Shown here: piece after piece, positions 33,735 through 43,454 of the stretch
How the letters are laid out: every line of letters starts with the position of its first letter
Position numbering within the stretch: the stretch's first letter is position 1
NCBI GenBank assembly: GCA_963725875.1
Contig: CAVRZZ010000004.1
Span: 279,758-343,757, forward strand
Length of the DNA stretch: 64,000 nucleotides
Direction of reading: 5' to 3'
Origin: an uncultured Chloroflexia bacterium
GTDB taxonomy: Bacteria > Chloroflexota > Limnocylindria > Limnocylindrales > CSP1-4
Notes under the pieces: generated by a model
Told to the model about the DNA's origin: nothing
Database searches by the model: none
Seen by the model: only the letters and a program-made list of their open reading frames with translations
Made by a program: the position numbers and the translations under genes

Positions 33735-35652
33735 ATGCGCCGGGCCAGCAAGGTAGTTGCCGCCCCGATGACGATCACGCCAGACACCCATCCCGCCGGC
33801 CGGCGGTTCCCGTTCGGGAAGCTCGTGCTCGGGTTCCTCGCCGGGCTGGCCCTCGCGCTCGCCTTCGGCTCCGGAGCGCTCCTGGCCTACCAGGGGCAGT
33901 ACGCCGATCGCGTCTACCCGGGCGTGACGGTCGACGGCGTGGACGTCTCCGGCCTCACGCGCGACGCGGCCCGGGCGCAGCTCGAGGCCGAGCTGGCCGG
34001 CTACGCGGTGGGCACCGCGGTCGTCACGATCGACGGGAACCCGGTCCCGATCTCGTACGCGGCCCTCGGTCGGCGTGCCGACGTCGACGGGCTCATGGAG
34101 CTGGCGTGGTCGGTCGGCCGCGGCCAGGAAGACCCGCTCGGGCGCGCCGCCCAGGGCGTCCGGAGCCTTCTCGACGGCACCCGGATCGCCCCGCTCGTGG
34201 TGGTCGACCCGGAGGCCGTGCAGCGCGAGCTGACCACGCTGGCGCTCGCCGTCAACCGGGCGCCGGTCGAGCGGCTCCGCGACGGTCACGGAGACCGGGT
34301 TCGTGGCGAGCCCGGCCGTCGCCGGGAAGGTGGTCCCCCGCGCCGAGATCGCCGCGGCGCTTCTCGCCCAGCTCGCCGACCCGGCCGCCCCCGACACCCT
34401 CGAGCTGGCCTACGAGACCGTCCCCGTGGAGCCGTACGTCGACGACAACGCGGTCGCCGGCGCAATCGCCTCTGCGAACCGCATGGCGACCGACGTGGCG
34501 CTGACCGCGGGCACGGAGACCTGGACGATCAAGGCCGCGACCGTTCGGAAGTGGATCGGCTTCGAGACCACGACCGACGGGTACCACCCGGCGATCGCCC
34601 CGGCGGCACCCACGAAGGCGCTGAAGGACCTCGCGAAGAAGATCGACACGGCGCCGAAGGAGGCGACCTTCGTCGTCCGGAGCGGCGGCTCGCTCGGCGT
34701 CGTCGCGAGCAGGGACGGCCGCACCCTCGACGTGAAGGCCTCGGCGCCGCTCGTCGCCCGGGCGGTCGCCGATCGCGTCGCGGCGACGACCGCGCCGGAA
34801 CCGGTTGCCCTGACGATCAAGGTCGTCAAGCCGAAGCTGTCGACCGAAGAGGCGAAGAAGCTCGCCCCGCGCATGCGGAAGGTCTCGTCGTGGACCACGT
34901 ACTACGAGGTCAGCGAGCGCAACGGCTTCAGCAACAACATCTCGATCCCCGCGCGCGACCTGGACGGCACCATGGTCGGCCCCGGGGAGGTCTTCGACTT
35001 CTGGAAGTCCATCGGGCCCGTCACCGCGGCCCGGGGTTACCGCTACGGCGGCGCGATCATCAACGGCCGCTCGCAGCCGACCGGCGCCTTCGCGGGCGGG
35101 ATCTGCTCGACCTCGACGACGCTGTTCAACGCGGTTGCCCGGGCCGGCTACGAGATGCTGGCCCGGCACAACCACTACTACTACATCAGCCGCTACCCGA
35201 CGGGCCTCGACGCGACCGTGGCGATCGAGGGCGGGTCCGTCACGACCATGTCCTGGAGGAACGACTCCGAGTACCCGGTCATGATCCGCTCGTCCGCGCG
35301 GCCCGGCGTGGTCTCGTTCTCCGTGTACGCGGTGGCGGTCAACAATCGCGTGGCCGTCGGCGGCGGCTCCAGGGTCCCCGGCCCGGCCAACGTGACGTAC
35401 CGCGTCGCCAACGGGCGGACCGTGACCTTCGCCACGTCGGCCAAGCGCAACTACCTGAATGCCGGGAGCAGCACGCAGCGGACCACTTCCCTGCCGGCCG
35501 GCACCGTGAGGGTCGTGGAGTACGCGACCGACGGCTTCGACATCACGGTCACGCGCACCGTGCGGGAGGGAAGCACCGTGCTCCACCGGAACACGTGGTT
35601 CTCCCACTACGCCAAGGTGGACGGGCTCACCCTGATCGGTGCCAGGAGGTAG
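33735..35652 (+). pseudogene. VanW-family protein gene interrupted by a +1 frameshift near 34276 (or a sequencing error)
   Basis: Frame 0 encodes a TM helix plus an N-terminal domain up to '...LALAVNRAPVE'. Frame 1 continues with the VanW domain '...ATVTETGFVASPAVAGKVV...YRYGGAIINGRSQPTGAFAGGICSTSTTLFNAV'. Confidence 0.6.
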
Positions 35653-35783
35653 CGAGTCCCCGCGGCGGACGCTTGCTGTCGTCGCCCGGCCCCGCAGGGC
35701 CACCGCGCGGGGTGCGGGCGGCAAGTTGCCCGAGGACACGACGACCCGCGGTGGGACGGCGCCGTTGACGCCGTAGATGGCCG

Positions 35784-36599
35784 TCAGGTTGGGCTGGCCC
35801 CTGTCGGCGCCGACCTCACCTCCGCGCTCGCCGCCGGGTCGGTGAGGTCGCGTTCGATCGCCGCCGGGATGCCCGCATCGTCCGGGGACGACCGGGAGCG
35901 AAGCAGGCCGCGGCCGACCAGGACGAGCCACGCGATCGTGAGCAGCGTCGCGGCGATCGCAAGCGGGCTGACCTCGCCGGTCAGCGCCGTCTGCGCAACC
36001 GAGGCGATGCCCACCACACCGGTCGCCACCCCCACGGCGCCGGTCGCCCGCCCAAACGTGCCGCGCAGGATCACCAGGCCGGCGACGATGATCCCGATCG
36101 AGAGCGTCAGGATGCTGGCGATCGCCTGCAGCGGGGAGCTGAGCACGGCCGACGGGTAGCCCGCGGCCGCCACGACGATGGCGCGCTGATCCGCCGTCGC
36201 CGCCGCCGCGTACTGCTCGCCGAGGGCGATCAGGGACGCGTAGGCGGGCCACGTCACGGCCAGGTCCAGCCCGACGAAGAGGAGCGTGAAGGCGGTCGCC
36301 AGCAGCATCGCCGGCTCGTTCGAACGTCGCAGCGCGGCGTACAGGGCGATCGCGACCGGGACGAACAGCACGTCGGTGAGCACGGACAGCGCCACGATCG
36401 CCCACCAGGCTCCCGCGGTCCCCGCGTGGTAGTCGAGTCGCGCCTCGGCGCCGCTCGGTGGCGCCCCGACGGCGGCGAAGATGGGGATGGTGGCAACGTA
36501 GCCGGCCGCCAGGAGCAGGGAGGCGACGCCGCCGATCCGGGGCATCCAGGCTGCGGCGCTGACGCTGCCGGAGCCCTCGGCCGCACGCGTGACGTTCAT
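35784..36599 (-). CDS. polytopic membrane protein, DUF4386-like
   Basis: 'MNVTRAAEGSGSVSAAAWMPRIGGVASLLLAAGYVATIPIF...' with 5-6 TM helices. It is a paralogue-like relative of the 39675..40427 gene. An alternative start is M104. Confidence 0.5.
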   Translation of the reverse strand: MNVTRAAEGSGSVSAAAWMPRIGGVASLLLAAGYVATIPIFAAVGAPPSGAEARLDYHAGTAGAWWAIVALSVLTDVLFVPVAIALYAALRRSNEPAMLLATAFTLLFVGLDLAVTWPAYASLIALGEQYAAAATADQRAIVVAAAGYPSAVLSSPLQAIASILTLSIGIIVAGLVILRGTFGRATGAVGVATGVVGIASVAQTALTGEVSPLAIAATLLTIAWLVLVGRGLLRSRSSPDDAGIPAAIERDLTDPAASAEVRSAPTGASPT

Positions 36600-36762
36600 G
36601 GCTCCCACCTCCCCGGGCCCGTCCACGCGGACCGTGAACGAACTGTGCGTCGGGCGGGTGGCATGCGCCATCCGGCCACCCAGCGCCCCGGAGGTGGGGC
36701 TACCCCCAGTGCGACGAAGCCCGGATCCCGGGGGGCCTGCCCGGCCCCGCGGTTCGCCCGCC

Positions 36763-37917
36763 TCACTTCGATGGGCGAAGACCCAGCACGCGGACCGCGG
36801 CGCCCGGCATCTTGTCCCACCAGTGGCCGTGGCGGCGGTAGACGGCGGGCTCGCGGTCGGCGAGCAGGGCGACCAGGGCGCCGGCCTCGGCCTCGAGCCC
36901 GGCCCACGCCTCCTCGGAGAGGGAGTGGAAGGCGGTCGCCTCGATGCCGCCCGCAGCCGAGCGCCAGACCCCGGCGACATGGCCGTCGACCAGCAGGGTC
37001 GGCAGGACGTCGCCGTTGTTCCGGGTGACCAGCCGTCGGTAGTCCGGCGGGATGACGCGGCTTCGGTCGGCGTAGGCGAGCAGGGTGCTGTCCCACATCG
37101 CCATGAGGCGCGGCGGCGCGGACGCGTCTTCCGGCGGGAGCAGGCCCCCGGGCACGTCGAAGAGCCCGGTGCCGTCCGGCCCCTCGAGCGTGACCGCGGT
37201 CCCGTCGGCGACCAGCGACGTCAGCGCGTCGCGGACCCGCGCCCGCGGCTGGAGCATCCCGAACTGGGCGAGGTCCTGCGCCGAGGCGGGTCCGAACCCC
37301 TCCAGGTAGCGCCGGGCCAGCACCCGCAGGGCGGCCTCCGGGTCGCCCGACCGGCGCCGGTCGGGGCCCGCGGCGTACGAGGGTCGCCGGCCGAACGACC
37401 ACGGCCCACCGGTAGGGGCGTGGACGAGCGGCGCGAACGTCCGCAGTGCCCACCATGCGCGCCCGTGGACCGGCCCCCCGGGTCTGCCCGAAAGCCAGGC
37501 CTCGACGTCGGCGTTCGCGCGCGGTTGCGCCGCGAACGCGAGGAGCGGCTCGATGAGCGCGTCCGCGTCGGCGGCCGTCAGCCCCGTCACGGTGAAGCGG
37601 CGGTCGTGCAGCCGCGAGGCGCGGAGGCTCGGCTGCATCGCCTCGTGGAACGCCGGGTAGTCGGCCGCGTCGACGGCGTGGAGGGCGATCCGCATGAGCG
37701 TGGCCTTGACGACCTCGCCGCCGGCAAAGGCGCGATCCAGGTCGACGGGGTCGAAGCCGGTGAGCCGATTCCAGAGGGCGACGTACGGCGAGGCGGGCTC
37801 CTGCGCCTGCACCGCGACGACGCGGTGCAGGCCATCGACCACGTCCAGGGGTTCCCGCCGCAGCAGCAGCTGCCGGCCCAGGGTGGCCCGGTTGAGCTGT
37901 CGCGAGGTCAGCGCCAT
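36763..37917 (-). CDS. YcaQ/AlkZ-family (DUF1006) winged-helix DNA glycosylase-like protein
   Basis: 'MALTSRQLNRATLGRQLLL...HRVVAVQAQEPASPYVALWNR' is characteristic of the DUF1006 N-terminus. GGAGGG RBS. Confidence 0.7.
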   Translation of the reverse strand: MALTSRQLNRATLGRQLLLRREPLDVVDGLHRVVAVQAQEPASPYVALWNRLTGFDPVDLDRAFAGGEVVKATLMRIALHAVDAADYPAFHEAMQPSLRASRLHDRRFTVTGLTAADADALIEPLLAFAAQPRANADVEAWLSGRPGGPVHGRAWWALRTFAPLVHAPTGGPWSFGRRPSYAAGPDRRRSGDPEAALRVLARRYLEGFGPASAQDLAQFGMLQPRARVRDALTSLVADGTAVTLEGPDGTGLFDVPGGLLPPEDASAPPRLMAMWDSTLLAYADRSRVIPPDYRRLVTRNNGDVLPTLLVDGHVAGVWRSAAGGIEATAFHSLSEEAWAGLEAEAGALVALLADREPAVYRRHGHWWDKMPGAAVRVLGLRPSK

Positions 37918-37963
37918 GACGGTTCCCTCCCACGCCGGCCGTCAGCAGGCGCCGGGACCTTGC

Positions 37964-37978
37964 CGTGCGGTACGGTCT
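37964..37978. promoter_or_regulatory. palindrome CGGTAcggtcTACCG in an AT-rich spacer upstream of the antitoxin gene (candidate operator)
   Basis: Read directly. Local GC is about 45% versus about 72% overall. Confidence 0.3.
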
Positions 37979-37998
37979 ACCGTATGCTACACAATGCA

Positions 37999-38274
37999 AT
38001 GAAAAGTATCGGTGTAACGGAGCTGCGCCAGCGGACGGCGGAGATCCTCGAGTCGCTTCACGACGCCGAAGAGCCGGTCGCGATCCTGCAGCGTTCGCAG
38101 ACGACCGCCTACCTGGTTGATGCGAGGCGCTACGAAGCCGAGCGCGACGAGCTGCGTGCTGCTCGACGGGCCCTCTTCCTGCGCGAGGTCCGAGAGGCCG
38201 AGGCCGAGTACGCCGCCGGCGACTCGTCGGACTACGCGGACATGGACGCCCTCCTGGCGGACCTCCGCGGCTGA
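37999..38274 (+). CDS. type II antitoxin, Phd/YefM family
   Basis: 'MKSIGVTELRQRTAEILESLHDAEEPVAILQRSQTTAYLVDARRYEAERDELRAARRA', 91 aa. Confidence 0.8.
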   Translation: MKSIGVTELRQRTAEILESLHDAEEPVAILQRSQTTAYLVDARRYEAERDELRAARRALFLREVREAEAEYAAGDSSDYADMDALLADLRG

Positions 38275-38284
38275 AGGGATCGAC

Positions 38285-38539
38285 GTGCGGGTCATCGCAT
38301 CGTCCCGCTTCCTGCGGCGGGCGCGGAAGCTGAAACCCCCGCGGGACGAGCTCCTCCGGGCGGCCCTGCGGCGCTTCGCGATCGACCCACAGGATCCGCT
38401 ACTTCGGACGCACAAGCTCAAGGGCGACCTCGGTGACTACTGGGCGTTCCGGGTCGACGACGACTTGCGGGTGCTCTTCCGCTGGGATGGCGACATCTGC
38501 TTCCTGGTCGCGCTGGGCTCCCACGACGAGGTGTACTGA
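38285..38539 (+). CDS. type II toxin, RelE/ParE family
   Basis: The GTG start lies 10 nt after the antitoxin stop, following an AAGGGA RBS. '...RTHKLKGDLGDYWAFRVDDDLRVLFRWDGDICFLVALGSHDEVY'. Confidence 0.8.
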   Translation: MRVIASSRFLRRARKLKPPRDELLRAALRRFAIDPQDPLLRTHKLKGDLGDYWAFRVDDDLRVLFRWDGDICFLVALGSHDEVY

Positions 38540-38744
38540 TCCCGGCCTCATGAGCGAGGCGGTGAAGCGGGTCGTGGCCGCTGCCCGGCATCCGACCACG
38601 CGCTGCCAGCGTGCGGCCCAGCCTTCACGCAGCAGGGAGGGCTGTCCCTGTAGACATGTCTCCTGGTGACGCGGCCGAGACGCGCTCGGCGGGTGGTTGG
38701 CCCGCGGAGGAGTGATGGTGCGGCCATCTTCCGTTGGTGGAGAC

Positions 38745-38955
38745 CTCGGCGTCGAGCGAACCTACTCCAGGCCCCACGTCTCCAACGACAACCTCTCCAG
38801 CGAGAGCCAGTTCCGGACCCTCAAGTACCGGCCGACCTTCCCGGCCCGCTTGGGCTCGCTCGAGGACGCCCGGGCCTTCTGCTGGGAGTTCCTCCCCTGG
38901 TACCACACGCAGCACCATGTGGCGGGATTGTCGCCCGGATCGCGGACCGTCCGGG
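38745..38955 (+). mobile_element. remnant of a DDE transposase (integrase-core/rve C-terminal segment), no intact ORF
   Basis: 'RTYSRPHVSNDNLSSESQFRTLKYRPTFPARLGSLEDARAFCWEFLPWYHTQHH' resembles the conserved C-terminal block of rve-domain transposases. It has no start and the flanks are degraded. Confidence 0.6.
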
Positions 38956-39061
38956 GGCCGTTCGCCTCTTGGCTGACCTGGGATGGGCGTCTATCGTGCA
39001 AAGCGAGTTGGACGGGCAGCCGTTGGGGGTGCCACCGATGTTCCTGAGCCAAGTTCACTTC

Positions 39062-39547
39062 ATGTGGCGTGACCTCGGCCGAGCCCGCGGGCGCCGGGCC
39101 GCCCTTCTCCTGCTCGGGCCGATGGTGGCCTTCCTGGTCCTGGCGCTCCCAACCACTCTGAGCGCGGCACCGGTCACCGACCACACCGATCTGCCGGGCA
39201 CGGGCAGCCGCACCGGCCCGCAGATCCACCTTCGCGGCAGTTACGGGATGACAATCTCGATCACCGGGCAGGCTGGCTGCACATACCAGGTGATGGTCAA
39301 CGGCCCTGGCCTCGGGCATGGGTTCGGGCAGTTCTCCTTCCCGAGTGACGCCACGGCACGTCAGCAGCGGGTATCGACGGGGAGCCTCCCGGAACTTGCG
39401 GACGGCCTGTACACGATCGCCACGACGGCGACGGGTTGCGGCCAATGGACCGTGAGCCTCGACCGAACGATGGCGCCCAGTAACGTCGACGCACGCTCGC
39501 GCACATGGCGGTCCGGTCGCCCGCCGGCGCGGAGCCCGCGGACGTAG
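39062..39547 (+). CDS. hypothetical secreted protein
   Basis: Signal-like 'MWRDLGRARGRRAALLLLGPMVAFLVLALPTTLSAAP'. No homology recognised. Confidence 0.4.
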   Translation: MWRDLGRARGRRAALLLLGPMVAFLVLALPTTLSAAPVTDHTDLPGTGSRTGPQIHLRGSYGMTISITGQAGCTYQVMVNGPGLGHGFGQFSFPSDATARQQRVSTGSLPELADGLYTIATTATGCGQWTVSLDRTMAPSNVDARSRTWRSGRPPARSPRT

Positions 39548-39678
39548 CAGTCGATCGACGTCGCGGCCGTTGCCAGGATGTGTACGCGCACCTCGTTCTC
39601 CCGGGGAACGGGAGTCGCGAGTTCCTCGACCCGGAGGACTTCCGGCGGACCGTACCGGGTGCAGACGACGGCCTTCAT
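39525..39678 (-). pseudogene. N-terminal fragment (about 50 aa) of a medium-chain dehydrogenase/quinone oxidoreductase gene
   Basis: 'MKAVVCTRYGPPEVLRVEELATPVPRENEVRVHILATAATSIDCYVRGL' then loss of similarity. The rest of the gene is absent. Confidence 0.55.
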
Positions 39679-40427
39679 GCCCGAGCCCCCTCGGCCTGCG
39701 GATGCACGCGCCCCTTCTCGGCCGGCAGGCCCGCCCCGGAGTCGACGACCTTCACGCCCTTGAAGAGGAGCCAAAGGCCCAACCCGACCTCGGCGGCGAA
39801 GCTCACGACGAGCCCGGGGTAGCGGATCGCGGGGTAGTCCGGCAGCAGCAAGGCCTGGAGGAACCAGATCAGGACGGCGATCCCGTCGAGCACCAGGAGG
39901 ACGCCCAGGAACCGGGGAAGGAACCGGGACTTGTAGACCAGGTAGCCGAGCGGGAACAGCCACGTGGCGAAGAACAGCTGGGCCGTGACGAAGCCCGCCT
40001 TGTAGACGTTGATGGACAGGTACGCCAAGCCCTCCAGCTGTGCCGCCGAGTAGGCCTGCATGTGGCTGGAGGCGTCACCCTGCAGCAGTGCGGAGACCAG
40101 CCCCAGCATGCTCGCACCCTGGATGGCGACGCCGACCGCGTTGAGCAGCAGGAACAGCAGCGCCAGGTTCCTGTTGACCGGTCGCAGGAGAACGTAGAGG
40201 CCCCAGGCGACCATGAGGAAGAGGAAGCCAGACGTCAACGCGACGACGAGGGCCAGGCGGAACGACCCCTCGTTCGCGATCATCGCTTGGTAGACCTGCG
40301 GCGCTCCACCCAGCCCGATCTGCCCCAGCGCAGTGGCAAGCACGGAAGCCACGATGTACGCGAGGTAGAGGCCGCCGGTGATCCTGGACACCTTGTCCGG
40401 CGCCAGCTGATTGGTGACGACAGGCAT
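39675..40427 (-). CDS. DUF4386-family polytopic membrane protein
   Basis: GAAGGAG RBS then ATG. 'MPVVTNQLAPDKVSRITGGLYLAYIVASVL...' with 6 TM helices. Confidence 0.65.
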   Translation of the reverse strand: MPVVTNQLAPDKVSRITGGLYLAYIVASVLATALGQIGLGGAPQVYQAMIANEGSFRLALVVALTSGFLFLMVAWGLYVLLRPVNRNLALLFLLLNAVGVAIQGASMLGLVSALLQGDASSHMQAYSAAQLEGLAYLSINVYKAGFVTAQLFFATWLFPLGYLVYKSRFLPRFLGVLLVLDGIAVLIWFLQALLLPDYPAIRYPGLVVSFAAEVGLGLWLLFKGVKVVDSGAGLPAEKGRVHPQAEGARA

Positions 40428-40873
40428 CTCAGCTACTCCTTCAGTGACAGGCAGATCACCCTGCTTCGGCATCTCGCGGACGTGACGCACCCCCTGGCGC
40501 AGGAACCGCGACAGGACAGGCGCTGAGGCTGACGACCTCGTGACCGCGCAGCGCCTCCAGGAATGGCTGGAAGCTGCCGCACACCAGGCAGCGCAAGATC
40601 TTCCCGTCAACCTCCACATCGCCGACACCCGATGCCCGCTCGACCTGCCGAGCGGGAGGGACGCCGACGAAGCTGACTTCCACTCGTTGTGTCGCTAGCT
40701 CCCGGGTCATGCTCGCCAGCCTAGGAGGGCCCATCGGAGCGGACATCGATGGAATTCGTGATCGGGTCGCTAGGCGATCGGCGTCAGCGTCCTTGCCGTG
40801 CGTGACATCCGGTTCGCCATGGCCGAGCCCGCTCGCTCAGGGCGGGTGTCGACCAGATCCGCCTCGGTGTCCG

Positions 40874-43210
40874 CTACTGGTTCGACGACGCCATCCAGGC
40901 CGCGATCTGGGCGCGCGAGTTGACGCCGAGCTTGTTCAGGATGCTGCGGATGTGGCTGTCGACGGTGTGCTCCGAGATGAACAGGCGCGAGCCGATCTCC
41001 TTGTTGGTCATGCCCTCGGCGACCAACCGGGCGACCTCCACCTCGCGCATCGAGAGCAACGCATCGCCGGCGCCACCGTCCGAAGCCGCCACGGCAACGC
41101 GGGCGGACTCGCCGAGTGCGAGCCGTATTGCGGCGTCCCGGGTCAGCCGTCGCCCGACCGTCGTCTCGGCCTCGAACCTTCGGCCACCAAGGTCCGCAAT
41201 CGCCGCCTGTTCGGCCTGGCCCACCAGTGGAGCGAGGAATGGCATGACGCGGGCGCCGGCGCTGATTCGAATGGTGTCGGCGGCTCCGAGGAGCTGCGCC
41301 GCGAGCCGTGCATGTCCGCTCCTGGCGGCATGGCAGCCCAACGCGTCGAGCAGGTAGGACTGCTGCACGCGGTCATCGAGCTGGCGAGCGATCCGCAATG
41401 CCTCCGCGAACAGGGGCTTCGACGCGCCGAGTTCACCGGCGATGAAGGCGGCCATGCCCAGGTGCATCAGCCAGGTCTTGAGCCCGTAGAGGTCGCCCAC
41501 CTCCCGGCTGAGAACGACGCCTTCGGAGGCTGCGGATCTGACTGCGTCGAGGTCGCCCTCGAAGAGGCCGCCAAACGCTCGAGCCTGCAGGACTACGAGC
41601 GCAGCCCCAACGTCATTGATCCCACCTGCCACCGCTTGAGCCTCGTCGCGCAGGCGCCTCGCGGATGCCCGGTCGCCGGCCATGTTCGCGGCGATCGAAG
41701 CCATGGACAGCGACTCCGCCAGCGGACCGAGCCGACCGGCCTCTCGATTCGCGGTCACCGCGCGTTCGAGGGCGGGTGTGGCAGCGGTGGGATCGACCAG
41801 CAGCACGTGGAGGTATCCGCGCATGTGCTCAGCCCGAGCCTGGGGCTCCGGCTCACCTCGTCCAAGCGCGAGGAACGCATCCAGCCACCGGACGCCCTCG
41901 GTGGTCGCACGCGTGGCCCAGAACCAGCGGAGGGACGCGGCGAGATCCATTCCGCGTGAGACATCCTCATGAACCAGGCAGCGCCCAAGGACCGACCGGA
42001 TGTTGTCGATCTCCAGGTCCATCCATCCGAGCCACTCGACCAGCCCATAGCGAGCCACCTCGGCCGATCGCCGGCACCGTGTGACGTAGTACTCGGTACA
42101 TCGCTCCTCGAAGACGTCCTCCTCGCCGGCCGCTCGCAACTTGAGGCCGGCGAATTCGCGCATCGTCTCGTGCAGCCGAAAGCAGGCGAGGCCCCCCATG
42201 TCCTCCTTCGTCACCAGCGACTTGTCGACCAGCGATGACAGCAGGTCCAATGCGCGTGCTGCCGGCACGTCGTCGGACGTGCCCACCGACTCGACGTCCT
42301 CGAGCGTGAACCTGCCGGCGAACACGCACAGCCGCCGCAGCAGCGTCCGCTCGTCCGGCCCCAGCAGGTCGTGGCTCCACTCGATGGTGGTTCGCAGCGT
42401 CTGGTGGCGCGGGAGCGCCGCGCGACTTCCTCCTGTCAGCAGACCGAACCGGTCGGTGAGGCGATCGAGGATCTGCTCCACCGAGAGGACCCGCGTCCTG
42501 ACCGCCGCGAGTTCGATGGCCAGCGGCAGCCCGTCCAGCCGGCGGCACAGGTTTACCACCGCAGCCCGGTTGGAGGCGGTGAGCTCGAAGGTGCCTGAGG
42601 CAGCCGAAGCCCGCTCGGTGAAGAGCACGACCGCCTCGTTCTGGCGGACCTGATCCATGGGCTCGTCGGCCGCGGCGCGAGGCAGCTCGAGCGGGGGAAT
42701 CGGGAGCACGTGCTCCTCCGGAATAGCTAACGGCTCGCGGCTGGTCGCGATCACCCGAACGCCCGGCGCAGCCTTGAGGAGATCGGTCACGAGCAGCGAG
42801 GCCGCTCCGAGCAGGTGCTCGCAGTTGTCCACCACGAGCAACAGCTCCTTGTCGCGCAGGTAGGAGAGCAGGAGAGCCCGTGGCTCGGTCGCGGACTGGT
42901 CACGCAGGTCCAGGGACGCCAGCATGGCGCTGGCGACGAGGCCCTGGTCCCGAAGGTCGGCGAGCTCCACCAGCCATGCGCCGTCCCGGAAGCCGCGTCT
43001 GAGGTCGGTGCCGGACCGGATCGCGAGGCGGGTCTTGCCCACACCACCAGGGCCGACGAGGCTGACCAGGCGGGCTGTGGTGAGCTTCTTCCTGAGCTCG
43101 GCAAGCTCACGGCGACGGCCGATGAAGCTCGTCGCCTCAGCCGGAAGGTTGCCCGGGCGGCGGGTGGGCCTGGCCATGGTGGACAGCACGTTACTACGGG
43201 CATGCGCCAC
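40874..43210 (-). CDS. LuxR-family transcriptional regulator with N-terminal NB-ARC/STAND ATPase and helical repeat region
   Basis: Walker A 'LVGPGGVGKTRLA', 'LLLVVDNCEH', 'GLPLAIELAA' (GxP motif). C-terminal HTH 'MREVEVARLVAEGMTNKEIGSRLFISEHTVDSHIRSILNKLGV'. Confidence 0.85.
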   Translation of the reverse strand: MAHARSNVLSTMARPTRRPGNLPAEATSFIGRRRELAELRKKLTTARLVSLVGPGGVGKTRLAIRSGTDLRRGFRDGAWLVELADLRDQGLVASAMLASLDLRDQSATEPRALLLSYLRDKELLLVVDNCEHLLGAASLLVTDLLKAAPGVRVIATSREPLAIPEEHVLPIPPLELPRAAADEPMDQVRQNEAVVLFTERASAASGTFELTASNRAAVVNLCRRLDGLPLAIELAAVRTRVLSVEQILDRLTDRFGLLTGGSRAALPRHQTLRTTIEWSHDLLGPDERTLLRRLCVFAGRFTLEDVESVGTSDDVPAARALDLLSSLVDKSLVTKEDMGGLACFRLHETMREFAGLKLRAAGEEDVFEERCTEYYVTRCRRSAEVARYGLVEWLGWMDLEIDNIRSVLGRCLVHEDVSRGMDLAASLRWFWATRATTEGVRWLDAFLALGRGEPEPQARAEHMRGYLHVLLVDPTAATPALERAVTANREAGRLGPLAESLSMASIAANMAGDRASARRLRDEAQAVAGGINDVGAALVVLQARAFGGLFEGDLDAVRSAASEGVVLSREVGDLYGLKTWLMHLGMAAFIAGELGASKPLFAEALRIARQLDDRVQQSYLLDALGCHAARSGHARLAAQLLGAADTIRISAGARVMPFLAPLVGQAEQAAIADLGGRRFEAETTVGRRLTRDAAIRLALGESARVAVAASDGGAGDALLSMREVEVARLVAEGMTNKEIGSRLFISEHTVDSHIRSILNKLGVNSRAQIAAWMASSNQ

Positions 43211-43454
43211 CGACGCCGGTCAACCAGCTACCGGATCACGGATCCCATCGCGCCGCACCTGCGGTTCGTCGACGTCCACCGGGGACGCGTTCCGCACGCG
43301 CCCCGTCATCGCGGTGTTGCGCCTGCGATCGAAGCGCGGCAATGGTTCACGTCCTTCACCGACAAGACAGGGAGCCCCGGCCGCTGCCGGGGCTCCCTGC
43401 GGGGAAGGTGACGCCGGGACCGTCAGCTCGGGGCGGATCCCGTCGTCGCCAGCA

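Noticed and set aside
34252-36405. 717-aa minus-strand ORF and 33510..34397 minus-strand ORF
   Set aside because: They are antisense to the VanW gene. They have no recognisable domain.
40456-40746. 96-aa minus-strand ORF 'MTRELATQRVEVSFVGVPPARQ...' between the DUF4386 and LuxR-STAND genes
   Set aside because: It has no recognisable family. It may be a small gene or fragment but the evidence is insufficient to call.
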